Of a DNA stretch of 64,000 nucleotides, positions 49,940 through 63,034 are shown in pieces. The notes under the pieces are model-generated. The model saw nothing but the letters and a program-made list of their open reading frames with translations. It was not told where the DNA came from and made no database searches. The number at the start of each line of letters is the position of its first letter. Position 1 is the first letter of the stretch. This DNA comes from Tubiluchus corallicola (lineage: Eukaryota > Animalia > Priapulida): contig JAQGDQ010000873.1 of the NCBI GenBank assembly GCA_030141605.1, positions 22,175-86,174 on the forward strand, in the 5' to 3' direction. A program made the position numbers and the translations under genes.

Positions 49940-50560
49940 TTTATTTTTGTTTAAGAACATTTATAAAAAGAATTATAAAAGGAAATGGCAGCAGGCATGT
50001 AGCCCTTATGCTCGTCATGATAATACAATATAAGATAATTTGCAACGTATTTACAATCACAGTTAGAAGGCAAATACATTTGCATTTATCATTAAACGCG
50101 AAAAAACGTAAAAACTTAAACGAAGAGAGACTACAAGTAAAGAAAAAATAGCTTACACAAGAACCATTAAAGTGGCAATAGCTTTAAAAATTGCAGTTTT
50201 TTAGTCTGGGGTTGAAACTGACGATGCTTGGTGCATTCACCACGTCATAATTGAGATCATTCCAGATAGGGACTACTCTATTTACGAACGGATATTTGTA
50301 TACACCAAATCTGGAATAATGTTTGGACACATTGTAATTGTGACCGGGTGAATTTTGGGTAGGAGCATAACAAAAGAAATCACCAAATGACAAATCTGCT
50401 CATTTATGGCATATTTTATAAATCTTAAGATCAAAAATTATTCGACTGACTTCGAGAGGTTGTAAATCTAAGATGCGCAACCTGTCTAAGTATAATTAAA
50501 AATACCAAGTTGACAACGGGCAAATGATCTGCGTGCAAATAATTTGATCATTAGCTTTTG
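49940..50560 (-). mobile_element. 3' remnant of a CR1/L2-type LINE
   Basis: RLRILDLQPLEVSRIIFDLKIYKI and FVNRVVPIWNDLNYDVVNAPSIVSFNPRL match the typical CR1-group ORF2 C-terminus (NRVV..WN.LP..VV.A.S..SFK.RL). Ends approximate. Confidence 0.75.
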
Positions 50561-50731
50561 TTTGTAGTGCGTGATTGTCGTTTCGTTTGTCAGTTATTAT
50601 GCAAGACAGCCGCTAGGTGTCTTTTGTGTACATGTCCTCTTTTTCAGGGTCCTACAACTGGCACATTAATTTTGATATTTTAATAAAGATGAAATAATAA
50701 ATAATTGAAGAATGTTCGAAGGCATGCTTAA

Positions 50732-51396
50732 AGCTCAAGAAAACGCTCACCATACATAAAGCTAAAAAATTCGTCTTGAAATTTTATACCACTTACGTAC
50801 TGTCTTTTTGCATATTAGACTTGCGTCGGCAGTAACGCTGTATAAAACATGTAAATTTAAACTCCCGCAATGACCGTTAGACGTAGCCATTTTGAGGATA
50901 ATTCATTGGAAACAAGTTTAGATAACATTCTGTAAAGTTTGAAAAAGTAATCAGAGCATTCATAGCGCACATGTCACAAAGTAAAATTTAAAATTACTGT
51001 GTCTTGTCAATAAGATTAAAAATACGTTTTTGGTTAGTGAGTGGTGCGCCCTGGCGAGTTAGTCAGCGACATTTTACCAATTGGTGAAAGCATTTTAAAT
51101 AATTAACAATTTTCTGTTCTAGTTACATAAGTCTTTGAAGCAGGTAATCGAAATGCTAAGCAAATAACTTTGCATGAAAAGTTTTTTGGGACATAGTTTA
51201 ACTCGTACTTTTCTTTCCCTGATTTACTTTTGCATAAGTGACGTCATGTAATGGCGCCGTCGGGACAGTGTCGCGGGAAGTTAAAAATGAAAACAAACAA
51301 AAAATCCTTTCAACGCGAGTACAATATACGCATGAAATTGCTATAAAGTAGTATAATTTCTTAAGGCGATTTTTCCGATACCCCTTTTCTTGTCCT
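50732..51396. mobile_element. Kolobok/piggyBac-type TTAA MITE, copy 2 (empty site for the hAT MITE)
   Basis: TTAA|AGCTCAAGAAAA...TTTTCTTGTCCT|TCAA; collinear with 40344-41271, with a single GCTAAAAA at the hAT site. Confidence 0.8.
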
Positions 51397-51911
51397 TCAA
51401 TTATTTGTTGACTGTGAATGCCTGCGTGGTATCACAATTGTAGACTATCTATGTACATCTACGTTTTTGTGACGACGAGCTTAAGCTGTGAAGCCAAAGG
51501 CAGTGGCTTCCCTAGCTAGTCAGTGTTAACGCATATTGACATATGACAGAAGTATACAGCGTAAAGGTTCTCACACGTGCGTGTTTTCAATTTTCTCATT
51601 TTTACCAAACTTCTGTTTTCATTGCCAGTTACATTCGCGTGCGTTCTGACAGTGATGCCCTTGAAGGTATAACAGAGCAAACAAAAAGCCACGTGGCAGC
51701 TGTTGGCTGGTATTTTAATGCTGCTTAAAGTACAGTGTTTTTCGTTGACTGCATCCTGAACTAGTTACTGGATAATCTATCGCCGGTCAATATGTACATT
51801 GTACGCGCTTTATTGATCAATAAATGGGATTGGAATTTGGGGAGTATTCTATTAATTATATTGAAAACAGTAATGAAACCCAAAAAGAAGCAAAAGTACA
51901 GAACGAGGACT

Positions 51912-53262
51912 CAGCCCTGGGTTGACCATTAAGTAAAATAAGCACTTGCTTAGGGCCTCGAGGGAAGAGGCCACCAAACGTTTTTTTCAATTCGAATAAT
52001 TGCCCAAAAGTAAAATACATACCGGACCGGATTATTTGGGGCGGCAGATATGCTGAATGGCTGTCCTTTTATAATCTGATATCACTTTTTTACACAATGT
52101 ATAGCTGATGCCCGAGCATTTACTGTAAATGAATCTTACTGCAAGTTTTTTTTCATTTGTAAACTTAAAATTTCATTTTACTGTTTAGCATTATTTTTAT
52201 TCTGAATTACGCATATACGCATGAGGATACCCGTATGGGGATATCCGTATGGTATGGTATATATGAGGATACCCGTATAAGGATATCCGTATGGTATGGT
52301 ATATATGAGGATACCCGTATAAGAATTTCCGTATGGTATATATGAGGATACCCGTATAAGGTTATCCGTATGGGGATATCCGTATGGTATATATGAGCAT
52401 ACCCGTATAAGAATTTCCGTATGGTATATGTGAGGATACCCGTATAAGGTTATCCGTATGGGGATATCCGTATGGTATATATGAGGATACCCGTATAAGA
52501 ATATCCGTATGGGGATATCTGTATGGTATATATGAGGATACCCGTATAAGAGTATCCGTATGGTATATATGAGGATACCCGTATAAGAATATCCGTATGG
52601 TATATATGAGGATACCCATATAAGGATATCCGTATGGTATATATGAGGATACCCGTATAAGGTTATCCGTATGGTATATATGAGGATACCCGTATAAGAA
52701 TATCCGTATGGTATATATGAGGATACCCGTATAAGAATATCCGTATGGTATATATGAGGATACCCATATAAGGATATCCGTATGGTATATATGAGGATAC
52801 CCGTATAAGGATATCCGTATGGTATATATGAGAATACCCATATAAGGATATCTGTATGGTATATATGAGGACACCCGTATAAGGTTATCCGTATGGTATG
52901 TATGAGGATACCCGTCTAAGAAGATCCGTATGGTATATATGAGGATACCCATATAAGGATATCCGTATGGTATATATGAGGATACACGTATAAGGATATC
53001 CGTATGGTATATATGAGAATACCCGTATAAGAATATCCGTATGGTATATATGAGGATACCCGTCTAAGAATATCCGTATGGTATATATGAGGATACCCGT
53101 ATAAGAATATCCGTATGGTATATATGAGGATACCCGTATAAGGTTATCCGTATGGTATATATGAGGATACCCGTATAAGAATATCCGTATGGTATATATG
53201 AGGATACCCGTATAAGGATATCTTTTCAGTGCTTAGGGCCTTGAGGTCTTAATCCGCTGCTG
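51912..53262. mobile_element. Old hAT (Tip100-like) MITE with internal minisatellite
   Basis: Degenerate TIRs CAGCCCTGGGTT / AATCCGCTGCTG, subterminal gcttagggcc near both ends, degenerate 8-bp TSD CGAGGACT / CGAGCATT. Confidence 0.55.
52220..53222. repeat. 37-bp minisatellite (~1 kb)
   Basis: Consensus atatccgtatggtatatatgaggatacccgtataagg, built from three related 12-13-bp submonomers. Confidence 0.92.
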
Positions 53263-53329
53263 CGAGCATTAATGCACTACGTGGACGTGCATGCATGTTT
53301 GACGTTTCTCGGTGCTAGTAAATTCAATA

Positions 53330-53421
53330 CCCTCATCACTTGTACCCAGAAACACCTGCATCCAGAATCTCTGCACCCTCATCACTTGTACCCAGAAACA
53401 CCTGCATCCAGAATCTCTGCA
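53330..53421. repeat. ~46-bp direct tandem duplication
   Basis: ccctcatcacttgtacccagaaacacctgcatccagaatctctgca occurs twice. Confidence 0.85.
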
Positions 53422-53721
53422 GCCCGCATTTAGAAATCTAGAAAATCTTTAAACGGTCAGCGCCCATAATCTGTTCCGACACGTTGCAGTGATAAATTGC
53501 GTCCAGGCAGCTGAATGTATTATCAACTTTCCCTGCAAATGAGGTCATTAATGGGGAAAATAGCGTCTGTGATAATTGCTCTGCCAATATTACACGCATT
53601 CGGAATATTGCTCAGATAATTGATGCATTGGTTTTGCCATACTTTATGCATGTCTCAAATCTCTGGAGGAGGAAAGATCGTACATCAAATGAGCGAAGCC
53701 GCTGGAAAATGTGAATATGTA

Positions 53722-53852
53722 CTTAAGTTGTGATAGGTAGCTATGTTTGAAGCTTAGATTGTGATAGGTAGCTATGTTTGAAGCTTGGGTTGTGATAGGT
53801 AGCTATGTTTGAAGCTTAGGTTGTGATAGGTAGCTATGTTTGAAGCTTGGGT
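53722..53852. repeat. 31-bp tandem repeat, 4 copies
   Basis: gtgataggtagctatgtttgaagctt at 53730, 53761, 53792 and 53823. Confidence 0.9.
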
Positions 53853-56565
53853 ATGCTGCATAGGTAGCTTTCCTGGGTAAACAATTGTAAATTTTTTTTA
53901 AAGTTTAAAATGGTTTTCGATATTGCGTATTAATAGCATTCCATTCTCTCTTTACTGAATTATCAAAGTTCATTTTCACCGAAATTAGTGAAATTAGCGA
54001 CTCAAATTAGTAAAGTTATAGAAAATTAGCATAATTAAAATATCCACGCTTCCGCTGTCGCTCTGTTAGCTACTTTTCTGCTTATATAGACTTCAGCGAG
54101 TCATTGCCAGACTTATTCAAATGTACGCATGCGCCATTATGGAAACGGCGCCATTATGTTGTATGCACTCATGGTTTCCTCAAAACTGTGTTTTGGGGAA
54201 ATGAGTTTAACATGACAATCACTTAACGCCACGAGGTAAAGAAAGAGAATATGAGAAGCCAGTCAGGGAAATCTTTTGATATTTTTATGTATGCATCTTT
54301 CTTTATTTCATTTTTCTTCTTGCCTGTCATTTTACAATTGAATAACAGTCGACTTTGGCTGTGCAACTGAAGGTTGCTTGGAATAATACAATTACAATCT
54401 ACGGGATTGACGATTTTACATATTAAATTAACGTGCTTTTAGTGAAGCCATGCAGCGCATTGCTGATCAGTATGGCTTCCATTCGAACTGCATTATGCGG
54501 CGGGACAAAATGAGTAGACTAAATTGCGTGTTAAGCCGAATGCAAGCCCATTTAGTTTTGTCTTTCATGACAAAAGCTTGTTTGTGTACCTGTATGAGAG
54601 AATACATGTATCTAAGCTTGCCAAAATGGCGCGATGGTGTCAGATATGGAAAGATCTGCATTCAAAACTGTAAATTTCAACAATTACTATTGGTAACACC
54701 CAGTAGTTTTTAGACGATTGTTACTTTGTCACTTCGAATGCGGAGCAGTCCTATGTCGTTAAAATAATGGTTGTATACATAGTCTGTATGTGATTCCAGG
54801 TTCAACTGTAGTTGCATCAACTCTTAACACAAACAAATACCGTTGCTCTATTTTTGGAGACGCTGCAACCGTTATAGTTGTACAGCTAACAGCTTTTTAG
54901 ATGATCTTTTGTTTTATAATGTGTTTGTAGTTTTTTTTAACTAAACGTTTTTGAATTATTTTCAAATAGGGCTTGCGTTGTAGTACACAAAGAAGGTGGG
55001 AGTGGCAGCTCCGTTTTCCGTTTTTCATTTCATTTAATTCCGTTTTCATTTCATTTCTCGTTTTGTTTCTTTTTCATTGAAACTGCGCACTGACAAGCTT
55101 TGAGTAATGCAATTCTCTGTTCAATTATTCACGTGAATCTCACAAGAGTTTTCTGTTCTTTCTAGCTGTATGTACTGGACGCCTTCCAACAGGTTTGAAT
55201 TAAAATTTCTATTTTCTACTCTGTCACTTTTTCATCTTCTCGGGTCGGTGCGGCTTTTTCAACTATTCACAATTATTATAATCTGCTATTCTTATTTGCT
55301 TAGATTTTCTATGCAGCTTTGTTTTTTGGCTTATTGCGAATAATTTGACTGTTTTTTCCTAATTGTGCACGGCATTGTACACATGTTACGCAGTGACACA
55401 GGGAAAGTGCAAAAGTTGCTGTTAGGGCACAAATTACTTGAATGTATTAAAGTTTTCTTATAGCCATAGTCTTTGAGCGTATGGTATTTTTTTCTTACTG
55501 TACCTTATGCACGAACCTTTTTACTTAAGTACAGCATTTACATGTACAAAAAACTTTACTACTTACAATTACTTTACTTATTGTATTTTCTTTCTATATC
55601 ATTTCTGTAATGTTGTGATCAGAGATATTTTAATTTGCGCTACGCTTAAACTTGATACACCTAACAGGAACCCGAGTTGCTTGGCATAGTTTTTATACGA
55701 ACAATGCAAACGTATTTGTCTTTGATTGAACGTCTATGCAAAATATTACACATACATTTTTTTATACCTGTAAATGTGTATAACTTAGGCAATGAAGATT
55801 TTATATATGCCATTATTGCCATGCAACCGGGCATCAATGCGTTTTCTAGTTATGTTATTAGCGACCCAAATATGCAAATTTCGAGCAACAATGAAGGAGG
55901 GGTGCAAAGGTGTTTTTTGTCCCACGTTCCGTGGAAAAATTTCTTCGTAACTTTTAACTTCATATAAGTATTGTATTTAGAATCAGTTTGGTTTAGTATT
56001 CAGACTTTGTAAGATACACTGTAAAGACGTGTTAACATTCATTGGGCAATGACCGTGGTAATTTCATAAGTTTATCAATTTATTCAACGCGAAATCATCT
56101 GTAAGTTTTACGAAGTTCGAGCAAAAAGTTTATATAGTTGGGAATTATTTGTTCAGTTATATACATTCTCACAGACATTGTGATGTGATTATGCAGTTCT
56201 TTCAGCAAATAGCAAGTATTGATTTGAGCTGCTTTTACGGTATAGTGACACAGCAAATTATCGAGGTGGCAGTTTTTAGTTCACAAAGATCAGGTTTCAG
56301 CATTGTCAAAATGCAATGCATTACAATGCTTTGTGCTTTGTAGTTATGATGCTGGTCACGTGATTAAAGTTGAATTTGGAGATTTGTGACTTTTTGGATT
56401 TTTTATTTTAGCGTTTGTGTTTGTGTGAAAGTGGTGATTTGCTTAGTTCATTAATTGTTATTTGCAGTCATTGGTATGTTTTCAATTTTAACACTACTAA
56501 TGCACGTTATACGAACGTTTGTTGTTTCTGAGTTTTGACTACATATGTCTGGCTTTTCATTGCAG

Positions 56566-56649
56566 GTTTTGGAAACACTGAGAGACTTTACTGAAACTAG
56601 CCACGAGGCGGCAGAATTGCATACTATCCTTACCAAACCTCACTTCAGG
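56566..56649 (+). CDS. CASK: CASK/lin-2 next internal exon (L27 C domain): VLETLRDFTETSHEAAELHTILTKPHFR
   Basis: Exon is ttttcattgcag|GTT...AGG|gtaaga, 84 nt, phase 0/0. It carries the L27 signature ELxxILxxPHF and follows the previous exon as in human CASK ([27 protein letters not shown], recalled). Confidence 0.92.
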
Positions 56650-57199
56650 GTAAGAATATCATCCTTGGTTTTTGCTTCTTCTGCTTTAAATAATTGCAAA
56701 TGTTTAGCAGCAGAGTAGCCAGTGACAATCTTCCATCACCATAAGTAAAACCAACTGTTATGTAAGTAAAACGTCAAGATTCTCTTGCTTGATTTCATCC
56801 AACGGGATGTTGTTGCGCGCTCCTTTAATTGTTGTTTGCTCTGTCACTCTTATAATTCGTGCATACGTGTGTTCGCTTGTCTGTTCGTTCGTTTCTTCGC
56901 TTGTCTGTTCGTTCGTTTGTTCGCTAGTTTGTCGGTGTAGGCGTTCGTTTGTTTAACTTGTCTGTTCGCTCGATTGTTTGCGAGTTCTCGCGTTTGTTTG
57001 TCAGTTCGTTCGTTCGTCTGTTCACGTTTTTCTTCATTCATGTGTTACGCTGTCTGTTTGTTTATTTATTTGCTTGTAAGTGTGAAATCCACTTCATGTG
57101 GCACTAGATTAATTTCTGTCTAATGAAGTCCATTTCAAATGGTCTTGTGGGAGATCATTCCCCTTTGTTTTGCGAAATTAAACGCGCGAATAATAATAA

Positions 57200-57790
57200 T
57201 TATTATTATTATAATTCTTTATTTAAAATTTAAAATTGTACGCATATACAAATATTTACATAAAATACATACAGGGACCCTCTATTTGCAGGGTATGGTT
57301 AAAAAAACTTTATAATTAAAATAGCTGTTATATTCGCAAGACTTTTAAATACCAATAAATCAATATACCAATAAAAGAACAACTAAAATCGAATAGTACC
57401 AATTTACACAAATTTACACAAAACGACCTGTATAATATAAAAGTGACAGATATAATATAAAAGTTCAATATTTTATACTAAAGTTTGTAAAAACGTATCA
57501 CAAACTCAGAGAAAGCAACTAGCAGGTTTTTGTCTCGAGACGTGTAAATTTTACTAATGTTCTGTGATTGTAGGATATTTGCGAGCGCTAATCTTTTGTT
57601 TTCGTCGACCAAAGTACAATTAAAAAGCAAATGCTCAACTGTTTGTGCTTCCCCTGAGCATATACAGGCATTTTCGTGTATATATCCAATTTTAAAAGTA
57701 AGCGCGAATAAGTAAGCGGTACTTTTGGTGAGAATCTCACCGTGACATAAAAGACTAAAATTCACGTTGTTTAATTGTCCATTTAGCATA
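57200..57790 (-). mobile_element. 3' end of an I/Jockey/R1-group LINE (C-terminal CCHC finger, 3' UTR, (TAA)n tail)
   Basis: FKIGYIHENACICSGEAQTVEHLLFNC has the C-x-C-x8-H-x4-C finger; minus strand reads aataaaagaattataataataataat at ~57200-57225. Confidence 0.7.
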
Positions 57791-57975
57791 CCATGCTAGC
57801 GTAGATTTTTTTTATAACCAGATAGTACAATGATAAAGTAAGTTAAAAAAAATTTTTAAAATTATTAACTCAGACTACAGACAGACTATGTATATATGTA
57901 TGTTTGTACAGGATGGACAAAAAGTTAAAACTAATTAAAGATAAACACACGAAAAAAGCCTAAAGCGATGCAGCA

Positions 57976-59807
57976 TCTACTATCTACTATTATATTAATA
58001 TTCTTGGTATATATATATATTTATTTATTTATATATATATAAGATTCGAGGCTACAGCCCGGACGAGGGCACCATTTGCGGCGATCTATATATCAAACGA
58101 AAGGTCTCGATCTAGTGTCGTCTCATTGGGGGTTTATTTTTCGAATCGGGCCCACCGCGAGGAACGGGAGGCGAAAAACCTCCAAAAATGGCCATTTTTC
58201 GGCCGTTTTTTGCAAAAGTTATACGGCTGAGATGTAGAGAACGGGAACGGGCCGAGGGGGGTGCTGGGTATGGATAGATAGCCCGTTCAGCGATGGGTGT
58301 CATAGGCCTATTTAGAATTCGCGAGAGGGCCAGGGCGCCCCGCAACGGGCGTTTTCCCGGACCCAACTCGCGATTTTTTCGAAATTTCGGCCAAACAGCC
58401 TGCGGGAAAAACGTTCTAGCGGCGCCCGGTGGGACTCTGGGAAGGAGATATACGGCTCTTTACAAAGAGGAAGGACAGGGCTACACGATGATGTGGGCTA
58501 TATTTTAGGGCAGGTCCACCGAGAGGAGTATCAACGAGTTAGTTAGGAGTTCTATTTTCGGCAATTTTCGCTTAGAAAACTGCTGACGCAAAGGCATTGT
58601 TGTGACGTCATCCATTGTACTCTGCTGTAATCTTATAACTTTAATTCAGCAAAAAGCTGCCTGCTACGGGTTTGCGTTAGTTAAACAAACGGTATGCAGG
58701 ATGTTACGGGCGTTGTGTTATAAATGAGGACTGTGTAGGACGTTCGCGTATTATTGATTACACGTGGTTTTTTATGCAAAATCTTTTGCGGGGCCTTTGC
58801 TATTTATTATATTATAGCACATAGTTTCAACTTTGTGAAAAATGTTTGGAATGGTTTTGTTGCAATGCTGTGCTGTTGGTGCTTGTGCTATAGGTGTCGT
58901 CATCGTTGCCACCATCATCATCATCATCATCATCAACATCATGATCACCACGTGAGGTGGTGGGTTTGATGTGGTGTGGTGGTGGTGTGCTTTGTGTGTT
59001 GTGCTATGGATGGTGTGGTGGGGTGATAGGGTGTGTGGGGTGTGGTGTGGGTAGTGTGGTATGGAGTGGGTGGCGTGGTGTGTGGGTGGGTGTTGTGGTG
59101 CAGTGCGGTGTGATGTGGTGGAGTATTATGGTGTGGGTGGTGTGTGGGTGGTGCGGTGTGGTGTGGTGCAGTGGTATGGTGTGATGTGGTGGAGTCGTAT
59201 GGTGTGGGTGATGTGGTGTGGTGTGTGGGTGGTGCGGTGTGCTGCAGTGGTATGGTGTGGTGCGGTGTGGTGTGATGTGGTGGAGTGGTATGGTGTGGGT
59301 GGTGTGGTGTGTAGGTGGGTGGGTGGTGTGGTGCAGTGTGGTGTTATGGTGTGGTGCTGTGCGGTGTGATGTGGTGGAGTATTATGGTGTGGGTGGTGTG
59401 GTGTGGTGCGTGAGTGGTGCAGTGGTATGGTGTGGTGCAGTGTGGTGTGATGTGGTGAAGTGGTATGGTGTGGTGCAGTGTGGTGTGATGTGGTGGAGTC
59501 GTATGGTGTGGTGTGTGGGTGGTGCGGTGTGCTGCAGTGGTATGGTGTGGTGTGATGTGGTGGAGTTGTATGGTGTGGGTGGTGTGATGTGGTGGAGTAT
59601 TATGGTGTGGGTGGTGTGGTGTGGTGCGTGGGTGGTGCAGTGGTATGGTGTGGGTGGTGTGGTGTGTAGGTGGTATTGTGTGGTGCAGTGTGGTGCGATG
59701 AGGTGGAGTGGTATGGTGTGGTGCAGTGTGGTGTGATGGGGTGGAGTGGTGTGGTGTGGGTTGTGTGTTGATTTGTGCACAAAATTCTTTTTGTGGGGTT
59801 TGGCTAG
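57976..59807 (+). mobile_element. Helitron tandem array copy 1
   Basis: Starts A|TCTACTATCTACTATTATATTAATATTC (start could be 57983) and ends hairpin + GGCTAG. Confidence 0.88.
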
Positions 59808-61200
59808 TCTCTTATATTAATATTCTTGGTATATATATATATTTATTTATATATTTATTTATATATAAGATTCGAGGCTACAGCCCGGACGAGGGCACCA
59901 TTTGCGGCGATCTATATATCAAACGAAAGGTCTCGATCTAGTGTCGTCTCATTGATGATTTATTTTTCGAATGGGGCCCACCGCGAGGAAGGGGGGGCGA
60001 AAAACCTCCAAAAATGGCCCTTTTTCGGCCGTTTTTTGCAAAAGTTATACGGCTGAGATGTAGAGAACGGGAACCGGCCGAGGGTGGTGCTGGGTATGGA
60101 TAGATAGCCAGTTCAGCGGTGGGTGTCATAGGCCTATTTAGAATTCGCGAGAGGGCCAGGGCGCCCCGCAACGGGCGTTTTCCCGGACCCAACTCGCGAT
60201 TTTTTCGAAATTTTGACCAAACAGCATGCGGGAAAAACGTTCTAGCGGCGCCCGGTGGGACTCTCGGAAGGAGATATACGGCTCTTTACAAAGAGGAAGG
60301 ACAGGGCTACACGATGATGTGGGCTATATGTTAGGGCAGGTCCACCGAGAGGAGTACTGGCGAGTTAATTAGGAGTTCCATTTTCGGCAATTTTCGCTTA
60401 GAAAATTGCTGACGCAAAGACATTGTTGTGACGTCATCCATTGTACTCTGTCTATAATCTTATAGCTTTAATTCAGCAAAAAGCTGCTACAGGCAAAGTA
60501 AACAAACAGTAGACACGATGTTACGGGCTTTATGTTATAAATGTGGACTAGGTAGGATGTTCGCGTATTATTGATTACACGTGTATTTATACGCAATCTT
60601 TTGCGGGGCCTTTGCTATTTATTATATTATAGCACATAGTTTCAACTTTGTGAAAAATGTTTGGAATGGTTTTGTTGTAATGCTGTGCTGTTGGTGCTTG
60701 TGCTATAGGTGTTGTCATCGTTGCCACCATCATCATCATCATCATCAACATCATGATCACCACGTGAGGTGGTGGATTTGATGTGGTGTGGTGGTGGTGT
60801 GCTTTGTGTGTTGTGCTATGGATGGTGTGGTGGGGTGATAGGGTGTGTGGGGTGTGGTGTGGGTAGTGTGGTATGACGTGGGTGGTGTGGTGTGTAGGTG
60901 GGTGGGTGGTGTGGTGCAGTGTGGTGTTATGGCGTGGTGCTGTGCGGTGTGATGTGGTGGAGTATTATGGTGTGGGTGGTGTGGTGTGTGGGTGGTGCAG
61001 TGTGGTGTGATGTGGTGGAGTGATATGGTGTGGGTGGTGTGGTGTGTAGGTGGTGTGGTGCGGTGCGGTGTGGTGGTATTGTGTGGTGCGATGAGGTGGA
61101 GTGGTATGGTGTGGTGCAGTGTGGTGTGATGAGGTGGAGTGGTGTGGTGTGGGTTGTGTGTTGATTTGTGCACAAAATTCTTTTTGTGGGGTTTGGCTAG
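59808..61200 (+). mobile_element. Helitron tandem array copy 2 (shorter GTG tract)
   Basis: Perfect head-to-tail junction GGCTAG|TCTCTTATATT; ends GGCTAG at 61200. Confidence 0.9.
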
Positions 61201-63034
61201 TCTCTTATATTAATATTCTTGGTATATATATATATTTATTTATATATATATAAGATTCGAGGCTACAGCCCAGACGAGGGCACCATTTGCGGCGATCTAT
61301 ATATCAAACGAAAGGTCTCGATCTAGTGTCGTGCCATTGATGGTTTATTTTTCGAATGGGGCCCACCGGGAGAAGGGGGAGGCGAAAAACCTCCAAAAAT
61401 GGCCCTTTTTCGGCCGTTTTTTGCAAAAGTTATACGGCTGAGATGTAGAGAACGGGAACGGGCCGAGGGGGGTGCTGGGTATGGATAGATAGCCCGTTCA
61501 GCGGTGGGTGTAGTAGGCCTATTTAGAATTCCCGAGAGGGCCACGGCGCCCCGCAACGGGCGTTTTCCCGGACCCAACTCGCGATTTTTTCGAAATTTTG
61601 ACCAAACAGCATGCGGGAAAAACGTTCTAGCGGCGCCCGGTGGGACTCTCGGAAGGAGATATATAGCTCTTTACAAAGAGGAAGGACAGGGCTACACGAT
61701 GATGTGGGCTATATGTTAGGGCAGGTCCACCGAGAGGAGTATCAACGAGTTAGTTAGGAGTTCTATTTTCGGCAATTTTCGCTTAGAAAACTGCTGACGC
61801 AAAGGCATTGTTGTGACGTCATCCATTGTACTCTGTCTATAATCTTATAACTTTAATTCAGCAAAACGCTGCCTGCTACGGGTTTGCGTTAGTTAAACAA
61901 ACAGTAGGCACGATGTTACGGGCTTTGCGTTATAAATGTGGACTAGGTAGGATGTTCGCGTATTATTGATTATACGTGGTTTTTTACGCAAAATCTTTTG
62001 CGGGGCCTTTGCTATTTATTATATTATAGCACATAGTTTCAACTTTGTGAAAAATGTTTGGAATGGTTTTGTTGTAATGCTGTGCTGTTGGTGCTTGTGC
62101 TATAGGTGTCGTCATCGTTGCCACCATCATCATCATCAACATCATGATCACCACGTGAGGTGGTGGATTTGATGTGGTGTGGTGGTGGTGTGCTTTGTGT
62201 GTTGTGCTCTGGATGGTGTGGTGGGGTGATAGGGTGTGTGGGGTGTGGTGTGGGTAGTGTGGTATGGAGTGGGTGGCGTGGTGTGTGGGTGGGTGGGTGT
62301 TGTAGTGCAGTGTGGTGTTATGGTGTGTGTGGTGCAGTGCAGTGTGATGTGGTGGAGTATTATGGTGTGGGTGGTGTGGTGTGGTGTGTGGGTGGTGCGG
62401 TGTGGTGTGATGTGGTGGAGTCGTATGGTGTGGTGTGGTGTGTGGGTGGTGCGGTGTGCTGCAGTGGTATGGTGTGGTGCGGTGTGGTGTGATGTGGTGG
62501 AGTGGTATGGTGTGGGTGGTGTGGTGTGTAGGTGGGTGGGTGGTGTGGTGCAGTGTGGTGTTATGGTGTGGTGCTGTGCGGTGTGATGTGGTGGAGTATT
62601 ATGGTGTGGGTGGTGTGGTGTGGTGTGTGGGTGGTGCAGTGGTATGGTGTGGTGCAGTGTGGTGTGATGTGGTGGAGTGGTATGGTGTGGGTGGTGTGGT
62701 GTGTAGGTGGTATGGTGTGGTGCAGTGCGGTGTGGTGGTATTGTGTGGTGCAGTGTGGTGCGATGAGGTGGAGTGGTATGGTGTGGGTGGTGTGGTGTGT
62801 AGGTGGTATGGTGTGGTGCGGTGTGGTGTGATGTGGTGGAGTGGTATGGTGTGGGTGGTGTGGTGTGTAGGTGGGTGGGTGGTGTGGTGCAGTGTGGTGT
62901 TATGGTGTGGTGCTGTGCGGTGTGATGTGGTGGAGTGGTATGGTGTGGTGCAGTGTGGTGTGATGAGGTGGAGTGGTGTGGTGTGGGTTTTGTGTTGATT
63001 TGTGCACAAAATTCTTTTTGTGGGGTTTGGCTAG
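61201..63034 (+). mobile_element. Helitron tandem array copy 3
   Basis: Junction GGCTAG|TCTCTTATATT; ends GGCTAG at 63034. Confidence 0.9.

Noticed and set aside
52220-53222. 37-bp repeat array resembling CRISPR repeats, and its 196-aa ORF
   Set aside because: Units are contiguous with no unique spacers, there are no cas genes and the context is eukaryotic; the ORF is a by-product of the repeat.
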